From Felis catus (lineage: Eukaryota), in NCBI RefSeq assembly GCF_018350175.1, contig NC_058373.1:117926001-117990000 (forward strand): a stretch of 64,000 bases of DNA, in the 5' to 3' direction. The stretch's first letter is position 1, and each line of letters starts with the position of its first letter. Shown piece after piece: positions 51,976-64,000 of the stretch. The notes below the pieces were generated by a model. It was not told the DNA's origin, did no database searches, and saw only the letters and a program-made list of their open reading frames with translations. The position numbers were made by a program, and so were the translations under genes.

Positions 51976-52444
51976 AAGTAAAGTAGCCAATTATTTTGGT
52001 TTTGCCCATTTCTCTTTGTAGTTCTCTCCATTTTTGTTTTATACATTCTACGCCTTAATTATCAGGTGATTCAAAGGGTAGATTCATCAATTACTCTGGT
52101 AAACCGAATCACATAACTCTGGTAATCATTACAAAGTATTTTATTTCTAGTTATGATTTTTGTCTTAAAATCCATTTTGTTCTATACAAACACACCCACA
52201 CACGTATCTCTACTAGCTCACATGGGGTTTTTACTCTCCTCCGACTCTCAAACCTTTTGTATCCTTATGTTTTAGATGTGTCTCTTATAAGTGGCAGATA
52301 GTTGGGTTTCATTTTGTGTTTTTTTTAATCTGGTCCACTAATCATTGTCTTTTAACCTAAGCACTTAGTCCATATACAGTTAATGTAAATTCTGATATAT
52401 TTGGATTAACATCTATTTATTATATTACTGTTATGTACTTTCTT

Positions 52445-52960
52445 CTTTTTTTATTTAACTCCAGTGTAATTAACATACAGGGTTATATTAATTTCAGGTG
52501 TACAATATAATGATTTGACAATTCTATACATTAGGCAGTGCTCATTACGATAAGAGCACTCTTTTTTCAATTTTTTTTTATTTTTGAGAGAAAGAGGGAT
52601 AGAGTGTGTGTCCAAGCAGGGAAGGGACAAAGAGACAGGGAGACACAGAATTTGAAGCAGGTCCCAGGCTCTGAGCTGTCAGCACAGAGCCTGATGCAGG
52701 ACTTGAATTCAAGAACCGCGAGATCAAGACCTGAGCTGAAGTCAGACACTTAACTGACTGAGCCACTCAGGGGCCCCACGATAAGAGTACTCTTAATCCC
52801 CATCACTGATTTCACCCATCCTCTACCCACATCCCCTCTAGTAACCATTAGTTTGTTCTCTATAGTTAAGACTCTGGGTTTTTTTGTCTTTTTTTTCTTT
52901 CAGTTTTTGTTTCTCATTTGTTTTGTTTCTCAAATTCCACATCTGAGTGAAATTATATGT
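52445..52960 (-). mobile_element. LINE-1 3'-end fragment with a nested antisense CAN-SINE (52562-52777)
   Basis: L1 3'UTR-type sequence split by a SINE with flanks ACGATAAGAGCACTCTT / ACGATAAGAGTACTCTT. Confidence 0.75.
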
Positions 52961-53195
52961 TCCATATATATATGTTCTTTTTTCCTTTTTTCCTTCTTCT
53001 GGACTGACTGAGCATTTCTTATCATTTAATTTTCTTACACTCTTTAAGAGTGTAAGGAGCAGGTTATATACTATTATTTAAGGTATATTTTATTTTTCTA
53101 TTCTTTAAGGTTATATATTATTTTTCTTTAAGGTTATATATTATTTTTCTATTCTTTTACTTTTAGCGTGCTACACATTAAAAATTACAATATGC

Positions 53196-53421
53196 GGGGC
53201 GCCTGGGTGGCTCATCGGTTAAGCGTCTGACTTCGGCTCAGGTCATGATCTCACGGTCCGTGGGTTCGAGCCCCGCGTCAGGCTCTGTGCTGACAGCTCA
53301 GAGCCTGGAGCCTGCTTCGGATTCTGTGTCTCCCTCTCTCTCTGACCCTCCCCCATTCATGCTCTGTCTCTCTCTGTCTCAAAAATAAATAAACATTAAG
53401 AGAAAATTTAAAAACTAAATA

Positions 53422-53456
<35 letters not shown>

Positions 53457-53458
53457 AT
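53196..53458 (+). mobile_element. CAN-SINE with a (TAAA)n tail
   Basis: ATTACAATATGC on both flanks. Confidence 0.9.
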
Positions 53459-53755
53459 ATTACAATATGCATCTTGATTTGTCAAAATCTAATATAATCA
53501 GTATTAGAATTAAATTACAATATGCATCTTGACTTGTCAAAATCTAATATAATCATTATATCTATATTTTTCCCAGAAAATTCAATATTTCTCCCAACTT
53601 ATATGTTATTATTGACATGTAGTTTTTTTTAACTTATTTTTAAGTAATCTCCACACCCAACGTACGTCTTGAACTCACAACCCCAAGATCAAAAGTAGCA
53701 TGCTTTACCGACTAAGCCACCCAGGTGCTCCAAACTGTATTTTATTTTAAAACTC

Positions 53756-53950
53756 GGGGCACCTAGGTGGCTCAGTCAGTTAAGCATCCAACTTCAGCTC
53801 AGGTCATGATCTTACAGTTCCTGGGTTTAAGCCCCACATCAGGTGTTCTGCTGTAAGGGCAGAGCCTGCTTGGGATCCTCTGTCTCCCTGTCTGTCTTCC
53901 CCTTCCCTGCTCACGTGCACGCACATGCACTCTCTTTCAAAAATAAATTT
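53756..53950 (+). mobile_element. CAN-SINE (an older antisense SINE lies at about 53625-53731)
   Basis: Head GGGGCACCTAGGTGGCTCAG and A-rich tail. Confidence 0.85.
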
Positions 53951-54237
53951 TAAGAAAACAACATTAAAACTCTACAGTTCATGTTTTTCTAGATTACCCA
54001 TTTATTTGCCCTTTTCTTTATTCCTTCCTTTATTTCAAACCTTTCACATGAGATCATTTTCATTTTGTCTAAAAAAATAAAACGTGCTTTAGAATTTCCC
54101 TTAGTGAGTCCATGGATAATAAACTCTCTCAGTTTTTGTTTATCAAAAAAGAGAGAAAGAGAGAGAAGAGATTTGTTTTAATTTTATCCCCATTTTTTTT
54201 GTCCAGATATTTTGTAAGTTAGAAATTATTGTAAACA

Positions 54238-54405
54238 GGGGTGCCTGGGTGGCTCAGTTGCTTAAGCAGTCAACTCTTGGTTTTGGCTCTGGGCATGATC
54301 TCCCAGGTCATGGGTTCAAAGCCCACGACTGGTCCTAGGCCCTTCACTGTTAGTGTAGAACCTGATTCTCTCTCTCCCTCTCTCCCTGCCCCTCCCCAGC
54401 TTGTG

Positions 54406-54461
<56 letters not shown>

Positions 54462-55101
54462 ATAAATAAATAAACTTAAAAAAAGAAAGAACTGGGGGTG
54501 CCTGGGTGGCGCAGTCGGTTAAGCGTCCGACTTCAGCCAGGTCATGATCTCGCGGTCCGTGAGGAGGAGATTAGGGGTGCCTGGGTGGCTCAGTTGGTTA
54601 AGCATCCAACTTTGACTGTGGTCATGATCTCGCGGTTTGTGAGTTTGAGCCCTGCATCAGGCTCTGTGCTGACAGCTCAGAGCCTGGAACCTGTTTCGGA
54701 TTCTGTGTCTCCCTCTCTCTCTGCCTCTCTCTGCCTCTCTCTCTCTCTCTCTCTCTCTCTCAAAAAAAAAAAAAAAAGATTTCATAAAATACAAACATAC
54801 ACAAGAACTGAAGGCTAAAAATAGAAGATAAGATAACTAGCCCTTGGGGCGCCTGGGTGGCGCAGTCGGTTAAGCGTCCGACTTCAGCCAGGTCACGATC
54901 TCGCGGTCCATGAGTTCAAGCCCCGCGTCGGGCTCTGGGCTGATGGCTCAGAGCCTGGAGCCTGTTTCCGATTCTGTGTCTCCCACTCTCTCTGCCCCTC
55001 CCCCGTTCATGCTCTGTCTCTCTCTGTCCCAAAAATAAATAAACGTTGAAAAATAAAAAAAATTTTAAAAATAAAAAAAATAAAAAAAAAAGAAAGAACT
55101 G
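54238..55101 (+). mobile_element. Nested SINE cluster: SINE at 54238, 5' SINE fragment at 54495, SINE at 54574, non-SINE spacer, SINE at 54846
   Basis: Four SINE heads; AAAAGAAAGAACTG at 54481-54494 and 55088-55101. Confidence 0.88.
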
Positions 55102-56416
55102 TAAACATAAATAAGTTTACAAAACTAGAATGAAAAAACTCTTGTTTTCTTGAACCATTTGGAAATAAGTGGCCGACAGGATGCCCTATTCACACTTAAA
55201 CACTTTAATGCATAATCCTTACCAACAAGGACATTCTCCTACATAATCAAAATACAAACATGAAAATCAAGAAATTAACATTCTCCATTACCACCATCTA
55301 ATCTAGAGAACCACTCAAGTTTTGCCAATTGTTCCAATAATATCCTCTGGAAAACTAGAAGATGCAAATCAGATGACATGTTGCATTAAATTGTCAGTCT
55401 CTTTAGTCTTCTGCAATCTGGAATAGCTCCTCAGACTCCCCTTGTCTTCCAGGACCCTGAACTTTTTGAAGATTACAGGACAATTATTTTGTAAAATGTA
55501 GACTGTCCCTCGATATGGGTTTGCCTGATATTCCCTCATGGTTAGATTCAGATTCTGTGTTTTTGGCAGGAGTACCACAAAAGTGATGCAATGTTCTTCT
55601 TGTTGCCTATCAGATGGTACCCAATCGAGATGTGTGTCATTACTGGGGATATTAACTCTGGTTACTTGATTAAGGTGGTACCTGCCAGATTTCTCTACTG
55701 TATAATTACTCTTTCTCTCCTGGTCATTAATAAGTATTTTTAGGAACCATCTTAATATTGTATATTTGTCCTCACCTCATCAAACATTTGCCCTTTGGTT
55801 CCATCATCCATTAATATTTCTTTGCTGAATTAATTACGATGATGACGGTTGCCAAATCGTGATTTTCTGACTCCATCATCTCTACTCATTGGCACTGTCC
55901 TGTAAGAAAAACTTTTCTTCTCTCTTCATTTGCTTATTCACTTAGTTAGTTATATCAGTATGGACCCAATGATTCCTACTTACTCAGTGGGTTAGAATCC
56001 ATTAATACCATCATTTATTTGGGCATCCAAGTTAGTCCCAGATTTGGCCAAGAGGAGCCCCTTCGAATTGGATATTCTAGACTCATCTCAGACGTTCTCT
56101 GCCCTAACCCTGGAGTCAGCCATTTCTAAAAAATTAAATTAAAAAAAAATTGGTCCCTTTTACTAGAAAATAGTATTTAAGAGCCAAGATCTGAACTTCA
56201 GGTATGCTTATTGTTATTAAGTTGTTGCTGCTCCTGGGCACTGTCAGTAGTCAAAGCTAGGGAATACACACACACACACACACACACACATTTACATATG
56301 TATTGGTTTTTCTTTCTATTGAAAATCATGATTCACTTTAATACCTCAATTCCAATCTAGTTTTCTATCTTTCTGTATTGCTAGCTTCCTTCCTTGACAG
56401 TGAGAATGCTGTCTCC

Positions 56417-56420
56417 TATT

Positions 56421-56463
<43 letters not shown>

Positions 56464-56475
56464 CTTTCTTTCTTT
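56417..56475. repeat. (TTTC)n microsatellite
   Basis: Direct reading. Confidence 0.92.
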
Positions 56476-56485
56476 TTTTGATAAA

Positions 56486-57097
56486 GTTATGGGCTGAACT
56501 GTCTCCCCAAAATCCATATGTTAAAGTCCTGACCCCTCCAGTAGCTCAGTAGAATGTGACTGTATTTAGGGATAGAGAGCCTTTAATGAGGTGATTAAGT
56601 GAAAATGAGGCCATTAGAGTGGCCCCTAATCCAACCTGACTGGGGTCCCTATAAGAGGAAATTTGAGGGCACCTGGGTGGCTCAGTCGGTTAAGCATCCA
56701 ATTCTTGATTTCAGCTCAGGCCATGATCTCACGGTCGTGGGATTGAGCCCCCATGTCAGGCTCCTCGCTGGGCACCGAGCTTGCTTAAGATTCTCTCCCT
56801 CTCCCTCTGCCTCCCTTTCCCTCTCTCTCTCAAAAAAAAAAAAAATTAAAAAATTAAAAAGAGGAAATTTGGACACACAGAGAAACACCAAGAATGTGCC
56901 CAGAGGAAAGACCGTATGAGGACACAGTGAGAGGGTGGCCATCTGCAAGCTAAGGAGAGAAGCCTCAGGAGAAACTAACCCTGCCAATGCTTTAATCTTG
57001 GACTTCTAGACCCTAGAACTGTGAGAAATAAATTTCTGTTGTTTAAAGCTACCCTGTCTGTAGCATTGTGTTATGGCAGCCATAGCAAACTAATGCA
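56486..57097 (+). mobile_element. MLT1 (MaLR) solo LTR with a nested CAN-SINE (56667-56860)
   Basis: GTTATGGGCTGAA…AGAATGTGACTGTATTT…AGAACTGTGAGAAATAAATTTCTGTTGTTTAA…TTATGGCAGCC…AACTAA. The SINE is flanked by AAGAGGAAATTTG. Confidence 0.85.
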
Positions 57098-59414
57098 AAT
57101 CAATTGCCCTTCCTCCCGCCCTCTTCTACCCAATATGTAATCAGTCTCCTATCACTGCCCCTCACATACTCCCAGCCCACCCCTCAGCCAAGAAGCTATC
57201 CTCCCTACCCCACTCAGACTCCAACACCCCATACTGGGCTGAGCCTGCTGCCACTAACATCACTAACATGGCTCCCCCATGTATATGGCCCACCTCACCC
57301 TACCTAGGCTGATTCCCCATGATGGACCATCCCAGCCTCTGCTGTACCCTCTCCCCCGTACTGGTGCCCTCCTCGCTCCACTCAGGCTTTGCCACCTGAG
57401 GCCACTGACGTCCTCATCATGTGGATGTTTACCTTGCTTAGTCTTACCCACTGACTTTTGGACTAAATCTCACCTTTATTCTTGCAAGATATTTTTACCT
57501 TTTCCAGGCCAGCTTTCTCTGGGCATCAATGTCAACTAGAAGAACAGATGAGGCTGGATGAGGCTGCAAGGATGTGTCCAATTTATTATATATGTTGCCT
57601 AGACCTGAGTCAGCAGGACAGACCTGCAGAAATCAAAAAGGCCTCAAGCACACAGACCTGGCTTGATAGTTATACAGTATAAAAGCCTCTCTTCCTTCTG
57701 GTCCCGCTCCTGACGCTACCCAGGTTCCTACCTGGCATCTCCCTCAGGGTGGACTGACAGTCCTGGTTCCCTCCACTGTGGTGTTATTATAATCCGGGGA
57801 CCTGGACATTTCCTCTCTCTTGGGTGCTGATGATGCCAGGTGACAGTGAGGAGATCCAAATCTTTCTTCATTTTCCTTAAACTTTTATAGAAAGAGAAGC
57901 TTAAACTCTGGGGGGTCTGCTTTTTTTTTTTTGAGGCCTCTTTTCCTATGATTTTAAGTTACATCTACCCATTTCTAAAACCTTATTAGACCTTTTATAT
58001 TTTATTTTACAGCTCATCAGAATGGGCATGAGCCTGCAGAGATTTGTGTCAAGAACAATGAGATTGCAGAGAGTAGCAGAGCTGAGAGATGACAGAGGTC
58101 TCAGGAGGTAGAGAGAAAGTCACCTGGGTTCCCGACATTCCAGTTTCTAATTCCAGTGCCTCCTTCCCATAGATACCACGACCCACCCCCAGAATTCTTC
58201 CACCAACACATACTTTGGCTTGTGCTAGCCTGATTGGGACTCCGGGGCTTTGCACAAAGAAGCGGGTCTAGGACTTTCATTTATCTGCAAATCTCAGTCC
58301 ATCCAGCCGAAGACATCCCCATGTAAAACCAGCACCTACAAATGCTTTGTGCTGGAGGGTCCAGCCTGCCTTAAGTGAATTCTGAGAAGCGCCAATTTCT
58401 GTAGCAATCTCTTGCTCATATAAATCCAGCATTCTCTGCCAACCAACTAGCCGTGCACAATCTCCGTGTTTGTAGAGGCTGGTTTAGTGAGGGAACCAAT
58501 GGATTTTTGTCACAACATATATTCTGTGTAGATTGCACCGTGAAGGGCCCTATTCATTCTGAAGATCTCTCCGACGGCTCAGCCAATCCACAGCGCCTAC
58601 AGTGCATATTTATGGAGCACCGGAGAGTGCAGTCTCAGACAAGGAAACCAACTCAGAGCTTGTCCCTTAATAGGGCATCGCTCAGGTTGCTACCCCTTTA
58701 GGCAGTGCGCTTTCATTTGTGCTACCATATTACCTTAACTTACTCAAAATTTCGGAAACCTGAAAAATGACTCTAAATCGCAGACCCCAGTTCCCTTATC
58801 TCACTCATTTTTATTCCTCTTGGAATTTATGTCCTGACTTCACAAGTCTAAGAGTGATTGCTCTGGCTGCCTGCACCGCACGACCTGCTGGGGGCTGGAA
58901 GCCCCAGCTGTGCTTTCTCTGCCGCTCACCCTTCCCCTGGCAATAAACAGAACTCTATTAGGGCTTCCCTAATGGCTCCTGAAGCAATGGGCAACGTTGC
59001 AAGCTCATTAATAGTGGCACTATCACCGTGGGGCTGGAGGGAACAAATGTTTATTCGGTTCCAGAAAATGAGCCAACCCCACCATTAGACAATGCCCACG
59101 GAGGCGAGGTGAGAAGAAGCAATTTATAGAAAGAGAAGCTTATTTTGCAAGATGAAGTGGTTGAAGCTGTTGCAGCAGAAGCCCACGGTGGCTGACACTG
59201 AGCCTTGGAGGCAGGAGCTGCGCCTCTGGAGGGGGGAGCGGGTAGGAAGTCACACCCATGCCTCAGACTGGGAAGACAGATCCCTGGACAATCTCCCTCA
59301 GCAATTCTCCTTTGCCTTCCCGGCTTTTTCTCAAGGAGATCCAGCTAAGCTGCTGAGATCCCCACTGTGTAGAAAAAGAGTTTTTTGGTTGGGGGGGTGA
59401 GGGTAGGGTTTGCA

Positions 59415-59660
59415 TTACGTTTCACTGAGCTCTCAAGTGCTCATTGTGGGTCAGGCGCTGTTCTAAGTGCTTTGTATGATACAAGTGCATTTAATCCTCA
59501 CACTGAAGTAGATATCTTTGATATCCTCCTTTTTCAGTTGGGGAAACTGAGGCTCAGAGAGACATGCCCAGGGTCCCACAGCTAAATTGTTAATGGAACA
59601 GGAATTTGGACTCAAGCCAGCTGGTTCCATAGCACACAGTCTTAACCTCTAGGCTGTATT
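59415..59660. mobile_element. MIR remnant
   Basis: GGGGAAACTGAGGCTCAGAGAG…GGAATTTGGACTCAAG core. Confidence 0.7.
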
Positions 59661-60991
59661 TCAAGTGATGGCTAATAATAATAGGCAGCATTCATAAAGC
59701 ATCTTCCTTCCAATACACAAAACACCTTCAAGTATGTTGTCACACTTATCCATAGTGTAATACTTTTCTAACCTGGAAAGGTGGGGTCTAGGTAGTCAAG
59801 TAAAGCACAGAACAAAGAAGAACTTAATTTTGCGAAAGCCTGTGGCTTTCGGTATGGATTCATCTGAGAAATGGAGGCTGAAGAGGTCCCTTACTTTAGC
59901 CCTCTTGGGTTATCTGAACTTCTACATGCGTGATCCCAGAAAACAAACAAAAGCTAATCCAGTCCCTTATGTCCTCTCCTGGGGATGGGAACAACATGAC
60001 CATCTGATTTTTTAAAAGCCACTCCAGGCACATGCATGCACAGGTTTCTTGATGAAACCGGTTCTGCTGCTTCGAGTCTTCCTGTAGTCTCCTAAGGCTA
60101 CACTGAAGCCGGTTCTCCCCTACTCCCTTCCTCACATCCCCTGAAGGCAACCCCTCCATCAGTGTTAAACACAAATTCAAGTGCAGAAGAAACCAGGAAT
60201 GCAGTTTGGAACAAAGGCATGCCTCGATTTTTTTTTTTCTTGCTCTTACTCTGCAGGATCTTTTTTCCCTTCTCTCAGTCTATATTTTCTTATGTCTACA
60301 AAGCTGTTGTCACTGATAAAGCCAGTCATGGGAAACAACGTGCATCCTTTTAATATCCTTCCAGCTTGCCAAGGAAATGAGCGATGCTGATAGAAGCTAG
60401 GGCACAGAATACTCTTCCCGCAGGTCCCTTCTCATTCTCCAATCCAGGCCACCCTGGGAAGACCCCAGGCTTGCAAATGCTTAGCAGGGCGGGAGAGGAG
60501 TTTTAGAAACTATTTGAAGAATCCTCTAGATGGAAGCACAATTCTTGGCACAAGTAGACAGGGTAATAAAAGAAGGTGGAAAAAGTAAGCAATGGCTTGT
60601 GTTTCCAAAAAAGGGCCCCATCGACTCCTAATGACTGAGATCCCTCCCTGGGGGGAGGAGAGTAGAGAAATGCACAGCTGAGGATGAAGCTTCATGAAGG
60701 AAACACAGTCCGTATGGGAAAAAAAAAAGCCCAAAATGGAATTACTTGGATAAACTGGATGCCTGGGGGGGGGGGGGGGGGGGTAGAGTCACGACAGTAT
60801 GCAGACCACCCACTTTATTTTTTTTTTGAAGGTTTTATTTTTATTATTTTTAAAATATAATTTATTGTCAAATTAGCTAACATACAATGGACACAGTGTG
60901 CTCTTGGCTTCGGGAGTAGATTCCCATGATTCATCACTTACATACAATACCCAGTGCTCATCTCAACAAGTGTCCTCCTCAATACCACCCC

Positions 60992-61216
60992 TTTTTTTTT
61001 TTTAATTTTTTTTAAGGTTTATTCATTTTTCAGAGACAGAAAGACAGAGCGTGAGCTGGGGAGGGGCAGAGAGAGAGGGAGACACAGAATCCGAAACAGA
61101 CTCCAGGCTCTGAGCTGTCAGCACAGAGCCCAATGCGGGGCCCAAACTCACAAGACGGTGAGATCATGACCTAAGCTGAAGTTGGACGCTCAAACGACTG
61201 AGCCACCCAGACGCCC
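60992..61216 (-). mobile_element. CAN-SINE
   Basis: Reverse-complement element; flanks TCAATACCACCCC / TCAATGCCACCCC. Confidence 0.9.
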
Positions 61217-61251
61217 ATCAATGCCACCCCCTTTAAAACACAGCACAAGTA

Positions 61252-61465
61252 GGGGCACCTGGGTGGCGCAGTCGGTTAAGCGGCTGACTTCAGCCAGGTC
61301 ACGATCTTGCGGTCCGTGAGTTTGAGCCCCGCGTCGGGCTCTGGGGTGATGGCTCAGAGCCTGGAGCCTGTTTCCGATTCTGTGTCTCCCTCTCTCTCTG
61401 CCCCTCCCCCGTTCATGCTCTGTCTCTCTCTGTCCCAAAAATAAATAAACGTTGGAAAAAAAAAA
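61252..61465 (+). mobile_element. CAN-SINE with TSD
   Basis: TTTAAAACACAGCACAAG on both flanks. Confidence 0.92.
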
Positions 61466-62562
61466 TTTAAAACACAGCACAAGCTACTTAGCCCTCAGGT
61501 CTGGGGCAGGACAAGAAATGAATCCATTCTGCACTCAATTCCAGAAAGACAAGCCTGGTTAACGTTTTCCTTTTTTAAGTGATCAGAGTGAGTTTTTGAA
61601 AATCATATTGTGTAAGAATATACACTGACCTGAAAAAAAAATAGCTCACAAAAATTGTTTAAACAAAAAGAGTCATTTTCTTAAAGAGCCCTTTCCTGAA
61701 ATACCATCTAGCTCAGAGGGTTCAAGAGACTTGAGTGATGGAAATATTAACAAAGGTGGAAGCAGGGTAAAGAGAAACAAGACCATTGGGGCACCCACCC
61801 ACTAGCAACAGTGAGAAGCTATTACTACCAGAGGGCTTGAAAGGACAAGAAGAAGATATGCAATTTCTGGAGCCTAGTGAGAGCTGAAGCCCAAGGAGGG
61901 GCCACTGCTGGAAAATACATCCCAAAGCAGGGAGATTTCTCTCTCCTTCACCCACCTATCTCCTACTGGTTGAACTCCATCACAAAGCAGGCAGTAGAGA
62001 AGCCAAATTAATGCATTGTGTAGGTATGCATGGAGCAGGGCAAATAACGTTGGAGAATGGTACATAAAGAGAATAACCCACACATCACCAATCCACAGTA
62101 GCGCCCCGGTCCCTTCTCATCACTTGATCCTGTTTTATTCTTTCATTGCACTTACCATTACCTGTTTTATCTTTATGTCTTTGTTCCTCCTGCCCCACCG
62201 TTAGAATGTAAGTTCCTTGAAAGCAAGGATTTTTGTCTGTCCAAAACTATATCCCCACATGGAATGTTGGAGCCCAAGAGTGAGGAAGGCATCCTCCTTG
62301 GAGGGGGGTGGAGAGTAAGGCCCAGCACGGGTTCTCAGAGCCTGTGTGGGGTTGGGAGGGCATCGGCACTGGGAAAGGAATGGTGGCAGAGAATCCTGTA
62401 TGTGTGGCTATATCCAGAAGAGTTGATCAAATAAGTAAGCAAGTTAAAGATAATTCACTGTTAGAGAAGAAGATACAAATATGGAAAGGGAGAAAACTTG
62501 TATGAGCCCTGCGATGATGGATTGGAGTTGGAGGTACTCGTGTTAGTTCATGGTTTTCGACA

Positions 62563-62578
62563 TAGGTAGGTAGGTAGG

Positions 62579-62620
<42 letters not shown>
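62563..62620. repeat. (AGGT)n(AGAT)n tetranucleotide STR
   Basis: Direct reading. Confidence 0.92.
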
Positions 62621-62689
62621 TGCAAGTAAATACAGACGCAAATGTGTGTTTGTGTATGCATTGTGTGTGGAAGTGTGTGGGTGTATATT

Positions 62690-63965
62690 CCCAACTGTGA
62701 CCCTGAGTGGGCCCTACAACAGGGACACCCTAATAACAACAAGTATGCATAGCACTCAGATCTTGGCTTCTAAATAACACTGTCCACTAAATGGTACTAG
62801 GACTTCTTAGAGAAATAACTCATTTTAGGCCTGGGGCAGGGAAAAGTATCAGACGAGCCTGCAACATCTTTTGCCAGAAAAGAGTGACCAAAGAATAATG
62901 AGGACATGTCAAAAGGACACAGAGGTCAGTTTGAAGAGCTTCTACTACCAAACTGGGACTATTTTAGCATAAAAATAAGTAATGATGAGAATGGATTTAA
63001 CCCACGAAGTAATGTTAGGAAACTCAGTCCATTAATTAAAATAGATTAATTAACTGAATGCTTGATAAAGAATAGGACATTTACATAGACTCACAAATAC
63101 CAAATTACAAAAAAAAAAAAAAAAGTAACCTTGTACTATGGTTATGTCAGTAAGATGTTACCATTGGGGAAATTATATGAAGGGTACAGGGACTTCTTTA
63201 TACTATTTTTGCAACTTCCTGTGAGTCTATAATTATTTCAAAATTTAAAATAACCTTTAATTTTATTTTTTTAATGTTTATTAATTGTTGACAGAGACAG
63301 ATACAGAGTACAAGCAGGGCAAGGGGCAGAGAGAGAGGGAGACACAGAATTTGAGGCAGGCTCCAGGCTCTCGAGCTGTCAGCACAATGCCTGATGTGGG
63401 ACTCGAACTCACGGACCGCGAGATCATGACCTAAGCCAAAGTAGGACATTGAACTGACTTTAGGTGTCCCTAAAATAAATTTTAATTTCAAAAAGAGATT
63501 AACTTTACATTAGAGAAGACTGTCTGACATTACTTTAATCAAGAAGTGAAAGTTAACATCATCCATAATGGGACAAATCAAAATTATGTCCCACCTTACA
63601 GGATGCAATGAGAATACAGTGTCACCTCTATGCTTTCCTTGTTGAAGATACAATCTGAATCTAAGCCTGGAAAACATAAGACACACCCAAAATGAGGGCC
63701 CAAATTGAGGGACATTCTACAAATTAACTGGCCTGCAATCATCAAAAGCATCAAGGTCATGAAAATTAAAGATTGAGGAATTGTTCTAGACCAAAGGAGA
63801 TTTGAGACATAACTAAATACAGCATGTGATTCTGAACTGGATCCTTTTGCCATAAAGAAAATTATTGGGACAATGGGTGATTCTTGAGTGGGGCCAAGAA
63901 TTGGATGGTAGCAGTATAAAAATATTAATTTCCTGATTTTGATGGTTAAATTGTGGTTACAGTAT
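62690..63965 (+). mobile_element. L1MC-like 3' region with a nested antisense CAN-SINE (about 63261-63470)
   Basis: CAGATCTTGGCTTCTAAATA…, CCCAAATTGAGGGACATTCTACAAATTAACTGGCCTG… and ATTAATTTCCTGATTTTGAT motifs. Confidence 0.65.
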
Positions 63966-64000
63966 AACCAATATATACATATTTTAATATATACATATTG

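Noticed and set aside
31000..64000. Exons of the expected upstream neighbour (DCAF4 in human, from memory)
   Set aside because: No second CpG island or matching peptide seen; the gene probably starts beyond the window.

Overview
Mammalian DNA, most likely a felid: it is dense in tRNA-derived CAN-SINEs of the SINEC_Fc type. The only coding sequence I recognise is the first coding exon of DPF3 (BAF45C, a double PHD finger subunit of the BAF chromatin-remodelling complex). It lies on the minus strand at 30583-30614 (MATVIHNPLKA, phase-2 GTAAGT donor) inside a CpG-island promoter. Positions 1-30582 are therefore DPF3 intron 1 (exon 2 is outside the window), and about 31-64 kb is repeat-rich upstream intergenic DNA (SINEs, L1, L2, MIR, MER, MLT). 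Most interesting signals: (i) up to three more candidate first exons in intron 1, all ending in phase-2 donors and so in frame with exon 2; one matches my recollection of a human alternative N-terminus (MFYGRINGRNF...) but uses a different donor here; (ii) four tandem 194-bp SINE units inside one target-site duplication (TSD); (iii) a composite SINE insertion carrying non-SINE DNA with a perfect MEF2 motif. Almost all ORFs in the supplied track are spurious. I see no evidence of a novel multi-gene system. Repeat boundaries are approximate and subfamily names come from visual recognition only.
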